NCBI GenBank assembly: GCA_023382875.1
Contig: JAHDXH010000001.1
Coordinates: forward strand, 18,571 to 82,570
Length of the DNA: 64,000 nt
Reading direction: 5' to 3'
DNA from: Patescibacteria group bacterium
Lineage (GTDB): Bacteria; Patescibacteriota; Microgenomatia; UBA1400; PJMF01
Shown here: in pieces, positions 55,068 to 63,977 of the stretch
How positions within the stretch are numbered: the first letter of the stretch is position 1
Layout of the letters: the number at the start of each line of letters is the position of its first letter
Program-made: the position numbers and the translations under genes
Notes under the pieces: generated by a model
Told to the model about the DNA's origin: nothing
The model's input: the letters and a program-made list of their open reading frames with translations, nothing else
Database searches by the model: none

Positions 55068-55865
55068 ATGAAAAATAATTTTTTATCACTGTTCAAAAGC
55101 CAGAAGCCAATTATTGGTATGGTTCATCTTTTGGCCATGCCAAACTCAAACGGCTATGTTGGATTTGAGGCAACACTCCAGCATGCTCTTAATGAGTTGG
55201 ACAGTTTGGAAAAAGGTGGAATTGACGGCGTTCTGATTGAGAATGACAATGATTCGCCGTATACCTTATTAGCTGATCCAGCTACCGTTGCGGTAATGAC
55301 CGCAATAACTGCCAAAATTGTTGAAAAATCTAGTGTACCTGTTGGTGTAGAAGTATTATTGAATGATCCAAAGGCATCTTTGTCGATTGCAGTTGCTGGA
55401 GGTGCTCAATTTATTAGAACTGATTACTTTGTGGACAGAATGTCTAGGCCAGAATACGGTGGTGAAATATCTATAAACCCACAAGAGATTTTAGATTTTC
55501 GTTCAAAATTAAAGGCAGAAGATATTTTTATTTTAGCTGACGTTCAAGTTAAGCATGCACAATTGCTAGAAGTTGGAAAAACAATTTCTAGTTCAGTCAA
55601 GCAAGCTGAGCAGGCTGGCGCAGATGGGGTTATAGTTTCTGGCAATTTCACTGGAGAACAGCCTGTCGTTGATGATTTAAAAGAGGCTATGGAGGCGGTC
55701 GAGAATATTCCGGTTTTAATTGGCAGTGGTTTTTCATTGCAAAACTCAACTCAGCTTTTGCCTCATACAAATGGCGTAATAGTTGGATCTTCAATTAAAG
55801 AAAATGGAAAAGTTAGTTTGCAAAAAACTAGTGAATTGATGAGTGAAGTGAGAAGCTTTTTATAA
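55068..55865 (+). CDS. BtpA/SgcQ-family TIM-barrel protein
   Basis: N-terminal block KPIIGMVHLLAMPNSNGYVG...GGIDGVLIEND is characteristic of the BtpA family (PF03437-like). 265 aa. Confidence 0.65.
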   Translation: MKNNFLSLFKSQKPIIGMVHLLAMPNSNGYVGFEATLQHALNELDSLEKGGIDGVLIENDNDSPYTLLADPATVAVMTAITAKIVEKSSVPVGVEVLLNDPKASLSIAVAGGAQFIRTDYFVDRMSRPEYGGEISINPQEILDFRSKLKAEDIFILADVQVKHAQLLEVGKTISSSVKQAEQAGADGVIVSGNFTGEQPVVDDLKEAMEAVENIPVLIGSGFSLQNSTQLLPHTNGVIVGSSIKENGKVSLQKTSELMSEVRSFL

Positions 55866-56705
55866 ATGTTGCAGTTTTTGAATAGCCGATCCGATTCGCC
55901 AAAATTTATTTATGTTGGTGATTGTGGGGTTGATTTAATCGATAAAAAAATACGACCCGGTGGTTGTGCCCTAAATGTTAGTTACCACTTACATTCATTA
56001 AAACAAAATATTGATGTTTTAACTTGGATTGGCAATGATGATCGCTCTGGAATAGTGGTGAAAAAATTGAGCGAGATTGGTGCAAGCAAAAACAGAGTTC
56101 ACCAAACCTCAGGAAAAACTCCTGCACAATTTGTTAGTATTCAGCCCAGTGGTGAAAAAAAGTTTGAGAGCTATGAAGCTGGAGTTTTGTCGAGCGCAAA
56201 ACTAACTACAGCTGATAAAGATTTTATAAATCAGCACCATATTTTAATTACTCTTTGTTATTCGCAAATTGCAGATTTATTTGATCAAGTGACTCATGTC
56301 AAATTTGATGGACTTAAGGTTGTGGATTTTATGAGTTTGGCAGATTTTAATTTTGATCTTAACTTTGTCAAAAAATATTTAAATTGGTTTGATATTGTTT
56401 TATTTGGTTTAGATGAAAATCAGACTGAGCTCATTGATCAAATAAAAACCATGGCTCTACAGCATAAAAAATTATGTATTGTGACTTTGGGCAGTGCTGG
56501 TAGTAAGGTGTTTTGGGGTGAGAGTGAATATTTCCAGCCAACAAGGGCAACCAAAGTTGTTGACACAACTGGCTGTGGTGACGCATACCTAGCAGGCTTC
56601 CTGAGCGAATTCGTTCAAAGTCAGAATGTTGAACAAGCAATGAGCTCTGGTTCAAACTTGGCTGCTCAGGCAAGCACCTATTTAGGCGCTATACCTGAGC
56701 AATAA
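55866..56705 (+). CDS. PfkB-family (ribokinase-like) carbohydrate/nucleoside kinase
   Basis: C-terminal signature VVDTTGCGDAYLAGFL (anion hole / catalytic Asp). 279 aa. Start is contiguous with the BtpA stop. Confidence 0.75.
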   Translation: MLQFLNSRSDSPKFIYVGDCGVDLIDKKIRPGGCALNVSYHLHSLKQNIDVLTWIGNDDRSGIVVKKLSEIGASKNRVHQTSGKTPAQFVSIQPSGEKKFESYEAGVLSSAKLTTADKDFINQHHILITLCYSQIADLFDQVTHVKFDGLKVVDFMSLADFNFDLNFVKKYLNWFDIVLFGLDENQTELIDQIKTMALQHKKLCIVTLGSAGSKVFWGESEYFQPTRATKVVDTTGCGDAYLAGFLSEFVQSQNVEQAMSSGSNLAAQASTYLGAIPEQ

Positions 56706-56718
56706 ATTAGTCGTAAAT

Positions 56719-57708
56719 TTAGACGAATACTTCAGCCATCATACAGCGTGCGCTTCCGCCACCTGTTCTTTCGATTTGGTCAATTTCAACAACTACGAGT
56801 TTACCGTATTGTTCCATAATTGCTCTTTGTTCCGGTGTGAAGCCATTATATGCAGTTTTGGACATCACAATTTTTTGACCCTCAGCTGAATTAACTTGCA
56901 AAATATTGCCACACATTTGACTCATTTGCTCAAGAGTAATGGCGATGACTTCTTTGCCGTTTTCGATTAGTTTTGTTTCAACTGCTTGTTTGTCTTTATC
57001 TTCTGGGATAGCTTCAAAACAAACGACTGCGAATTGTTCTCCAACGCTCATGACGACATTGGTGTGATAAATTTCATTACCTTGGGCGTCATTGGCGCGG
57101 AAAAAGACTGGCTCATAGCCGGTGGCTTCTCCGAAGTGGTTTACCCCGTCAACAGTAGTTCTTTGTGATAATGAAGCAAAAGCCAGTGCGTTTTGTCTGT
57201 CCAAAACTAAACTACCAGTTCCTTCTACAAATGAACCCTCTTTTTCTAGTTCGGTAAGGTCAACTACTGGCTTTTGAAGTACTATTCCAGCTTCTGCCAG
57301 AACCTCCATTGCTCTATTCAGCTGTCTTTCTTCGCGACGGTTTTTTGCCTTCATTGGGTAAAGGACAATTTTTGAATCGTGGAAAGAAATCCAGTTGTTT
57401 GGAAAGACTGCATCTGGAGTAGCAGCATAATCTCCAGCTTCATTGGTTCGATTGTCTAGGACAACAACTTTAATACCTTCATCTCTTAATTGGTTAACCA
57501 TCTCTACAAATTCTGTAAGCGCTCTATCTCTAATAATAGCTTCGCTAGCATTGGGTTCTCGGTGTTGGAAAAGGTTGTCAGGAGTGCCGGATTGATCATC
57601 GTAGGCAGTTTGTTCATTGAAGCCAAACATTGATGGGGTGATCATCATAATGATGTCAGTTATTTGTTTTTGTTCACGACCTTCAAGTTCTTGTGGTGTA
57701 CTTGACAT
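56719..57708 (-). CDS. amidinotransferase-superfamily hydrolase (CtlX/DDAH/arginine-deiminase-like)
   Basis: C-terminal catalytic-Cys motif ERTGGGSARCMMAEV. Conserved HTN in the mid region. 329 aa. Confidence 0.6.
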   Translation of the reverse strand: MSSTPQELEGREQKQITDIIMMITPSMFGFNEQTAYDDQSGTPDNLFQHREPNASEAIIRDRALTEFVEMVNQLRDEGIKVVVLDNRTNEAGDYAATPDAVFPNNWISFHDSKIVLYPMKAKNRREERQLNRAMEVLAEAGIVLQKPVVDLTELEKEGSFVEGTGSLVLDRQNALAFASLSQRTTVDGVNHFGEATGYEPVFFRANDAQGNEIYHTNVVMSVGEQFAVVCFEAIPEDKDKQAVETKLIENGKEVIAITLEQMSQMCGNILQVNSAEGQKIVMSKTAYNGFTPEQRAIMEQYGKLVVVEIDQIERTGGGSARCMMAEVFV

Positions 57709-57827
57709 ACTGTCTCCTTTGGGCGGCTAACTAAAAATTAGATAATTGTACAATGGGAATTAGTATCGTGAAAGTCTTACTTATCCGTTACACCATCGTG
57801 ATACAATTGGGTGTAATTTAAGTAACA

Positions 57828-58847
57828 GTGGATAGGACATTTGGTATGATATCACAACAAAATTCCCATGAATTGCTTATTAAGCTTATAGATATTCCAT
57901 CAATTAGTAGCGATGAAAATGCGGTTTGTACTTTTGTTTTTGACTTACTAAAGACAATGTCTTTTGATACTGTTCAAAGAATTCCCGTCGATGAACATGG
58001 CTTTAACATCTTTGCAACGAAAGGTGTACCTAAAGTTCTTTTGCAGGCTCATTTGGATGTGGTGCCTCCACATATTCCCTCTCGCGTTGATGAAACAAAA
58101 ATTTATGGTCGTGGTAGCTGTGACACTAAGGCCTCGGCGGCTTGCATGATTGTGGCAGCCCAACAAGCTTTAGCCGATGGCCTGACAAATTTTGGTGTGG
58201 TTTTCACAGTCAGAGAAGAAACAAGTATGGTTGGAATTAAAAAGCTAGTTTCGGCATTGCCTCAAATTCCTTTTACTATTGTTGGTGAACCTTCAAAGTT
58301 GCAACCCGTGACTAGTCACTTTGGGATGTTAACTTTGAATTTGGAAACTAAGGGAAAAGCTGCTCATACTAGCCAAGCTGGCGAAGGCGTTAACGCTATA
58401 GACGCACTTATCAAAGCTGCCGCTGATCTTCAAAAAATTACCATTCATCCAGACTCGATGCTTTCAGTTGTCAAAATTGAAGGGGGCGTGGCTTCAAACA
58501 TTGTGCCACCGCTTGCCAAAGCTCGCTACAGTTTTAGGATTTCACCAGATGACAAAAATGATTACTTGGAAATGTTCACCAAAGTTTTAAAAAATCATCC
58601 CTTAGCAACAGTCACCAAGGGTTTCGAAGCTGGCGCTGTGAAATCTAAATTACCTAGTGAGTTATCATTTTTAGGTAAAGGTCAGACAGTTAAATATTTC
58701 ACTGAGCTATCATTTTTACAATCTGGTGTTATTTTAGGACCTGGCGACATCATTCACGCTCACACCGACATCGAGCAAGTACAAAAAAAAGAATTAGACG
58801 AAGCGGTTCTTTTGTACGGCAAGATTTTGGTTGCTATGGCTAATTAA
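57828..58847 (+). CDS. M20-family metallohydrolase (ArgE/DapE-like deacylase)
   Basis: LQAHLDVVPP and GRGSCDTKAS motifs (metal-binding His/Asp, GxGxxDxK) of acetylornithine deacetylase / succinyl-DAP desuccinylase. Confidence 0.75.
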   Translation: MDRTFGMISQQNSHELLIKLIDIPSISSDENAVCTFVFDLLKTMSFDTVQRIPVDEHGFNIFATKGVPKVLLQAHLDVVPPHIPSRVDETKIYGRGSCDTKASAACMIVAAQQALADGLTNFGVVFTVREETSMVGIKKLVSALPQIPFTIVGEPSKLQPVTSHFGMLTLNLETKGKAAHTSQAGEGVNAIDALIKAAADLQKITIHPDSMLSVVKIEGGVASNIVPPLAKARYSFRISPDDKNDYLEMFTKVLKNHPLATVTKGFEAGAVKSKLPSELSFLGKGQTVKYFTELSFLQSGVILGPGDIIHAHTDIEQVQKKELDEAVLLYGKILVAMAN

Positions 58848-59422
58848 ACGTCGGTGATATCAATAACCACGACATCGGCATTGCCATCTTGCAAAACAAT
58901 TTCTAAATTGCTTGGCCATTGTTCTGGATGCAGAAGTTTGCCTCCATTTGCTAACATGACTTGTTGCGACTTTAGATTATTGTGTTCGGCTACGCCAATA
59001 ATTTGAGCATTAGGTTTGGCAATTTTGCCTTTTTTGACTGTGTCTAACATAACTCTTGTCCCCCAGCCTTGACCCATATAATTTGAGGCAACTAGCCAGC
59101 TACCTAGCTCAAACAGTGGTGCGCCTTGGGCGGTTGTTCCTGGCCACTGCATGAGTTTGGCAAAAGCTACGATTTCAAAATCCTTGTCTTCATTCACAAA
59201 AATAGTGCCCATGCCTTTGGCGACAAAATCCATAATTTGATGAGGTGAAAATTGCAGCATCGAGTCAGGATACTGGCCTAATAAATCGGTTACTTGGCAA
59301 CACAGCTCGTATAAAAGTTTTGCTTCAAAATCTGGTAGCTCTTCAACTTCTTTATTTTGAAGATGAGATAGTGGGTTGAATTCAACAATACTGGAAGGCA
59401 TATTACTCCTTTTTAGTGGCAT
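58844..59422 (-). CDS. hypothetical protein, possibly GNAT-like acyltransferase fold
   Basis: GQGWGTRVM resembles GNAT motif A. Weak. 192 aa. Confidence 0.35.
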   Translation of the reverse strand: MPLKRSNMPSSIVEFNPLSHLQNKEVEELPDFEAKLLYELCCQVTDLLGQYPDSMLQFSPHQIMDFVAKGMGTIFVNEDKDFEIVAFAKLMQWPGTTAQGAPLFELGSWLVASNYMGQGWGTRVMLDTVKKGKIAKPNAQIIGVAEHNNLKSQQVMLANGGKLLHPEQWPSNLEIVLQDGNADVVVIDITDV

Positions 59423-60596
59423 GAACTACGGCGGCAATTTTTCCTTGAAGTCCATATAGCTTGATAAATCCATCAGCCTCAACCGCAGACCAACTACTGC
59501 TTTGGGCGTAGCTAGCGATGTCAGGTTTGATCAGGGTGAAAGGAGAAGAAATTGCGACTGGCAAAACTTGGTTGGGTTGAACTTTGAGTTTCACTTCCCC
59601 ACTCACAACACTCTGTTCAGCATCAAAGAATGACTTCAGGTTAGCAACAACTGGTTCAAAAAACTTGCCAGTATAAAATAGGTCGGTTAAATGTTGTCCA
59701 AGCTCTGCGCCAATAGTTTGTTGTGGTTTGGTCAGAACTAATTGTTCCAAAGCTTTGTGAGCTGTTATTAATGCTAAAACACCTGGAGCTTCAAAGACGA
59801 TATGACCTTTGATACCAATCACACAGTCGCCAGTGTAATAACCTCGGCCATATCCATACTGACCTATCAGCTTGTTAAGTTTTTGCAGGATTGTTTCGCC
59901 CGACATCTTAACACCGTCAAGTGCGCAGGGAACGCCTTTGTCAAATTTAATAGTAATGTAGATGGGTTTGGTGGCAGTTGGTTTGGTCCAAATGAACATT
60001 GATTCGTCTGGTTCTTTGAGTTCATCGATTTCGCTGCCTGAGTAAGTAATGCCTAAGACATTTTGGTTAACAGAATATTTCTTGTGAAGGTTTGGGACTT
60101 CAAAACCTTTTTCTTTCAAAAATTCCATTTCTTTTTGTCTGTTACCGCCCATTTCTTTGATTGGTGAGTGAATGGTGATGTTGGGATCGAGAGTCATTAA
60201 AGCAACGTCAAACCTGACCTGATCGTTTCCCATTGCACTTGATCCATGAGCGACGTGGTTGACTTTTAGTTTATGAGCAACTTTTAAAACTTCCTCAGCA
60301 ATGATGTATCTATCGGTACACATGTTGGGATATGAACCTTGATATAGACCATTGGTTTTAATGATATATTCGACAACTGAATTAAACATTGAATTCATGC
60401 CATCAACTTGAATGTGTTTGATCGCACCAAATTTTTTTGATTTTTCAGCTATAGCTTTAAGTTCTTCTTTTGTGTAACCACCGGTTTCCACAGTCACGGT
60501 GATGACTTCGAAGCCTTGTTCTTGTAAATATGGAATTGAGAATGATGTATCAAGGCCGCCTGAAAATGCCAAGATAATTTGTTTTCCTTTTTTCAT
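59403..60596 (-). CDS. argG: argininosuccinate synthase
   Basis: PP-loop AFSGGLDTS at the N-terminus and the full-length ArgG architecture (397 aa). Confidence 0.9.
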   Translation of the reverse strand: MKKGKQIILAFSGGLDTSFSIPYLQEQGFEVITVTVETGGYTKEELKAIAEKSKKFGAIKHIQVDGMNSMFNSVVEYIIKTNGLYQGSYPNMCTDRYIIAEEVLKVAHKLKVNHVAHGSSAMGNDQVRFDVALMTLDPNITIHSPIKEMGGNRQKEMEFLKEKGFEVPNLHKKYSVNQNVLGITYSGSEIDELKEPDESMFIWTKPTATKPIYITIKFDKGVPCALDGVKMSGETILQKLNKLIGQYGYGRGYYTGDCVIGIKGHIVFEAPGVLALITAHKALEQLVLTKPQQTIGAELGQHLTDLFYTGKFFEPVVANLKSFFDAEQSVVSGEVKLKVQPNQVLPVAISSPFTLIKPDIASYAQSSSWSAVEADGFIKLYGLQGKIAAVVHATKKE

Positions 60597-60905
60597 ATGT
60601 CCTTTCTGTGTGACATTAATTGTTTTTTAAATACAAAAAAACAACTTGATTAAAAATTACAGAAAGGGACGTTGAAAACGTGGTACCACCCTTTTTCCTC
60701 ACTTAAGTTGCCCTAAGTGAGCTCAGTCTATTTGCTCCGTTGCTCTAAACGAGTGACACAAATATGTGGCTATAACGGGCCCTGCCGTCTTAGATTTTGC
60801 TAAGCTCCTCAGCTTGAGAGTAGATCTCAAGCACTAAGAATCGCGACTTCTTAATTAGGATTTGTGGTTATTAAGATACAACATCAATCATTGCTGATGA
60901 CGTTA
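60597..60905 (-). promoter_or_regulatory. candidate T-box leader RNA of argG (minus strand) with antiterminator-like element and possible SD-sequestering helix
   Basis: Minus-strand AAAAAGGGTGGTACCACG (plus 60679-60696), which is the T-box core GGGUGGUACC. CCCGTTATA (F-box-like CCGUUA). Antiterminator-like AAAGGG-[UGGUACC]-ACGUU-uuc-AACGU-CCCUUU. GUCCCUUUCUG can pair with CAGAAAGGAC, which covers the argG SD GAAAGGA. Promoter TTGCAA-17-TATTAT at 60912-60940. Confidence 0.5.
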
Positions 60906-60911
60906 AGCGAT

Positions 60912-60940
60912 ATAATACACAATAGTTTTTTTATTTGCAA
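60912..60940 (-). promoter_or_regulatory. sigma70-like promoter (minus strand) TTGCAA-17-TATTAT for the argG leader
   Basis: Minus-strand -35 TTGCAA (plus 60935-60940), 17-nt spacer, -10 TATTAT (plus 60912-60917). Confidence 0.45.
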
Positions 60941-60958
60941 GATCGGAGAATGCAAGTT

Positions 60959-61879
60959 CTACTTTCTGACGAGTGGCAAAGTTAAACAATGCGGACCACC
61001 GCCTTGCGTAAGGATATCAGATAGTTCGACTTCAATAACTTCGATTCCACCCTCTCTCATTCTTTGATTAGTTTGTTTGTTTTCTGCTGCTGAAATAACT
61101 TTTCTGTCAGCAATTGCCAAAACATTAGTGCAACAAGTAGTATATTCATCTTTACTGGCTTCGATCAATTGGTACCCTTTGGTTTGCAAAAGTCTAATGA
61201 CATCATCAGGAATCCATTCCGGAATACAAACAATAGATTTGTTTCCCAAAATACCCATGACAGTATCGATATGAAATGCTTTATCTTCAAAAACTGGATA
61301 AACAGGAACAAACTGTGTGCCTGGGAAATGATCGCGCAACACTTCTAAACTTATCTCATTTGTTCGTGGTCCGATGCCCACTAAAGCCAGTTCTGAATTG
61401 AGCAAAGCAAAGTCTCCACCTTCAATTGTATAAGGTCTCGAATCTTCAATAATATTTTTGGCAGCTATATTCTGATAAATACCATCAACTTCACCTTTTC
61501 GATAATCATATTTCATGACTGATGGCAAAACTTTTCCTCCAATAATTACCCCCACATCTCTGGTAAACAAAGGGGTATGACCCACTCTACCAGGCTCAAC
61601 ATCAGAGTAAACTAACTCTATGCCTTGGCTTTCTAGTGTATCCATTAGTCCGCGAAATTGCCTGGTGGCAATCGGTTTTGACTCCAGAGCGACTGGGTTT
61701 CCTTGAGCATGGAAAGCTTGAACCGGGTTAACAATCAAATCATTAAACGAAGTAATCTCTTGAGGTGGTCTAACAACCATGACTTTGACTAAGGGTGAAA
61801 ATTCATTGTTTAGATGAGGGGTTATTTTTGGGCGATCATCTAGCTCATAATCAGGGTTAAGTTCAGGATTTCTTCGCAT
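60959..61879 (-). CDS. amidinotransferase-superfamily hydrolase (DDAH / arginine-deiminase-type, 306 aa)
   Basis: C-terminal catalytic motif LTQGGGPHCLTLPL. Mid-region conserved His/Asp. Confidence 0.55.
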   Translation of the reverse strand: MRRNPELNPDYELDDRPKITPHLNNEFSPLVKVMVVRPPQEITSFNDLIVNPVQAFHAQGNPVALESKPIATRQFRGLMDTLESQGIELVYSDVEPGRVGHTPLFTRDVGVIIGGKVLPSVMKYDYRKGEVDGIYQNIAAKNIIEDSRPYTIEGGDFALLNSELALVGIGPRTNEISLEVLRDHFPGTQFVPVYPVFEDKAFHIDTVMGILGNKSIVCIPEWIPDDVIRLLQTKGYQLIEASKDEYTTCCTNVLAIADRKVISAAENKQTNQRMREGGIEVIEVELSDILTQGGGPHCLTLPLVRK

Positions 61880-61932
61880 ATTGTTAGCGAGTATAATGAG
61901 TGCGCAATCACATGTAAATACTCAATGGAATT

Positions 61933-62358
61933 ATGAAAACTCATCAACAACCCGTCGGTGTCTGTGTAATTCTTCTCAATTCACAAGGTCAAATTTTATT
62001 GGGTAGGCGCAAAAATGGCTATAAATCAGGTGAGTATGGTTTGCCCGGTGGACATGTTGATGTCGATGAATTGACTGAACAGGCAGCAATAAGGGAAGTT
62101 CTGGAAGAAACTGGAATTAAAGGACTTAATTTTACTTTTTTAGGGTTGGTGCGCGAAAACCAAGGCGAATATGATTTCATTCACTTTGTTTATGTGGCCA
62201 AGTTGACTGACCAAGAGCCAAAATTAACTGAGCCTAATAAGTGTGAAGGTTGGGAGTGGTTCGATCAAAACAGTAAGTTTGATAATGTTTTGCGAGGTCA
62301 TTACGCAGCGATTAAATTATTTTTGGATAAAAAGACTTTAGCTGATTTGCCAAAATAA
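61933..62358 (+). CDS. NUDIX hydrolase
   Basis: Nudix box GLPGGHVDVDELTEQAAIREVLEETG. Confidence 0.8.
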   Translation: MKTHQQPVGVCVILLNSQGQILLGRRKNGYKSGEYGLPGGHVDVDELTEQAAIREVLEETGIKGLNFTFLGLVRENQGEYDFIHFVYVAKLTDQEPKLTEPNKCEGWEWFDQNSKFDNVLRGHYAAIKLFLDKKTLADLPK

Positions 62359-62360
62359 AT

Positions 62361-62849
62361 TTACAAATAGAGTTCCATTAAATATTCGTCGTAAAATTTG
62401 TCATCAACTTTGAGGGCCATTTTTTGTTCGCCAATTATTACGAAGCCGATTGATTTATAAAGTTCGATGGCTGGCTTTTGTGTTGTGATAACACCAAGTT
62501 GAACTTTCTCAATTTCTTTTTTAGTTTTGGCAAAATCGATGGCAGTTTTAATTAATTCTCTGCCTAAACCTTGGTGACGAAATTTTGGACTAATGTAAAA
62601 ACTGACAATATTGGCAATATGCTTTTGTTTGGTTAGTTTTTCTTGGTAGCAGCCGATCATGCCAACTAAATTATCTTTTTCATCAATGGCAAAAAACATA
62701 TTTTCGATTTTGTTTTTCCACTCGGCTTGAGTTTCATTGTTGGTTTCTTCTGCGGTAGCGAGAAAAGATTGTGGCGAATTTTCAACTGCTTCTAAGCGAA
62801 GTCTTTTGTAATCTTGCCAACGGGATGGTGGAAGTTTGGCGATGGTCAT
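62361..62849 (-). CDS. GNAT-family N-acetyltransferase
   Basis: Motif A FRHQGLGRELI and GNAT fold layout. 162 aa. Confidence 0.8.
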   Translation of the reverse strand: MTIAKLPPSRWQDYKRLRLEAVENSPQSFLATAEETNNETQAEWKNKIENMFFAIDEKDNLVGMIGCYQEKLTKQKHIANIVSFYISPKFRHQGLGRELIKTAIDFAKTKKEIEKVQLGVITTQKPAIELYKSIGFVIIGEQKMALKVDDKFYDEYLMELYL

Positions 62850-62945
62850 GTTCTAATTATACTCGTATGAATATGGACAGGGATACAGTTTTAAAATTAG
62901 TTAAATCAGCACTCCAAGAAAGTTGAGCCGAAGTTGAATTTGTTT

Positions 62946-63977
62946 TTAATACTTGTCGATTACATTCAATAACTTTGTTTGTCCCGTACTCTCAGTTTTG
63001 ATAGGAATCTCAGTAAATTCCATACTTCCATCTTCAAAAATGTCTACTGCAACTAATAATCCCTTTTGGAAACGTTCATCAAAGTATTGATCAAAGACAA
63101 AATTGCCCAAGGAGTAGTAAATGGTTTTGCCAAGATACTCTTCTTTTTGTTGAACAATATGAGGATGGCTACCGATGATCAAATCAGTGCCTGCCTCTAT
63201 GAGCTGGTGAGCTTCACTGACGATGATTTGATTGGCTGTTGGTTTGTATTCTGGTCCCCAATGAGGCATGACGATGACTAAATCGGCAGCGGTAGTGGCA
63301 AACTGAATATCTTTGATAGCGGTTTCTAAACCATTGGTTACAAATTGATTGTAGCCAACAAAAGCCAAGCTTGGTTTTAGTTCGCTTTTGATAAAAACGC
63401 GCTCCTCTGGTTGTTTTTCAAAACCAGTATTGCCAAAAAAATCTATTTTTGCTTCTGATAAGTATTTTTTAGTTTGGGTTACGCCCTCTAGACCCAAATC
63501 TTCACTGTGGTTATTGGCCAAAGAAACAATTTGAAAGTTATTGCGCTTAAGCATTGGCGCAACGCTTGGGTCGAAGGTGAAAGTAAAGTGATTGGGGTCG
63601 TCGACTGCTGTATTAACACTGCGAGTTGGGTAGGTAGTAATTGTTCCTTCTAGATTGGCCACAACCAAATCATATTGATAGAACGTTGGTGTTAATTCGG
63701 CAAGGATAAAATCAACTCCATTTTTTTCCATACTTGTGCGGATTGATCTATCTAACATTACATCACCGCCAAAAAGTATTCGGTACTTGGGCTTTATTGG
63801 TTTGGGGTTAGGTTGGAGTTTGAGAAAGTTGAGTTGAGTGACCGTAGGTGGTTTGTCAGAATTTTTTTCACCGTCAAATAATTTAGTTTTATTAATTATG
63901 GCAAATAAAGAAAAAACTATTAAAAGTATTGCAAACGTTGTTTTAAAATATTTATGTATAGAAAGATTTTTTGGCAA
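62946..63977 (-). CDS. CapA/PgsA-like metallophosphoesterase (poly-gamma-glutamate capsule synthesis family) with an N-terminal TM
   Basis: ILFGGDVMLDRSIR, ANNHSEDLG and GSHPH blocks of the PGA_cap/metallophosphatase family. Confidence 0.7.
   Translation of the reverse strand: MPKNLSIHKYFKTTFAILLIVFSLFAIINKTKLFDGEKNSDKPPTVTQLNFLKLQPNPKPIKPKYRILFGGDVMLDRSIRTSMEKNGVDFILAELTPTFYQYDLVVANLEGTITTYPTRSVNTAVDDPNHFTFTFDPSVAPMLKRNNFQIVSLANNHSEDLGLEGVTQTKKYLSEAKIDFFGNTGFEKQPEERVFIKSELKPSLAFVGYNQFVTNGLETAIKDIQFATTAADLVIVMPHWGPEYKPTANQIIVSEAHQLIEAGTDLIIGSHPHIVQQKEEYLGKTIYYSLGNFVFDQYFDERFQKGLLVAVDIFEDGSMEFTEIPIKTESTGQTKLLNVIDKY

Noticed and set aside
60911-60916. Plus-strand TATAAT at 60911-60916
   Set aside because: No plus-strand gene lies downstream (the next plus-strand gene starts at 61933), and no -35 partner is present. 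The same bases form the -10 (TATTAT) of the minus-strand argG leader promoter.
60864-61274. Small plus-strand ORFs 60864-61067 and 61077-61274
   Set aside because: The first overlaps the argG leader and promoter region and the 3' end of the amidinotransferase-like gene. The second is antisense inside that gene. Both have Cys/Ser-rich, low-complexity translations.
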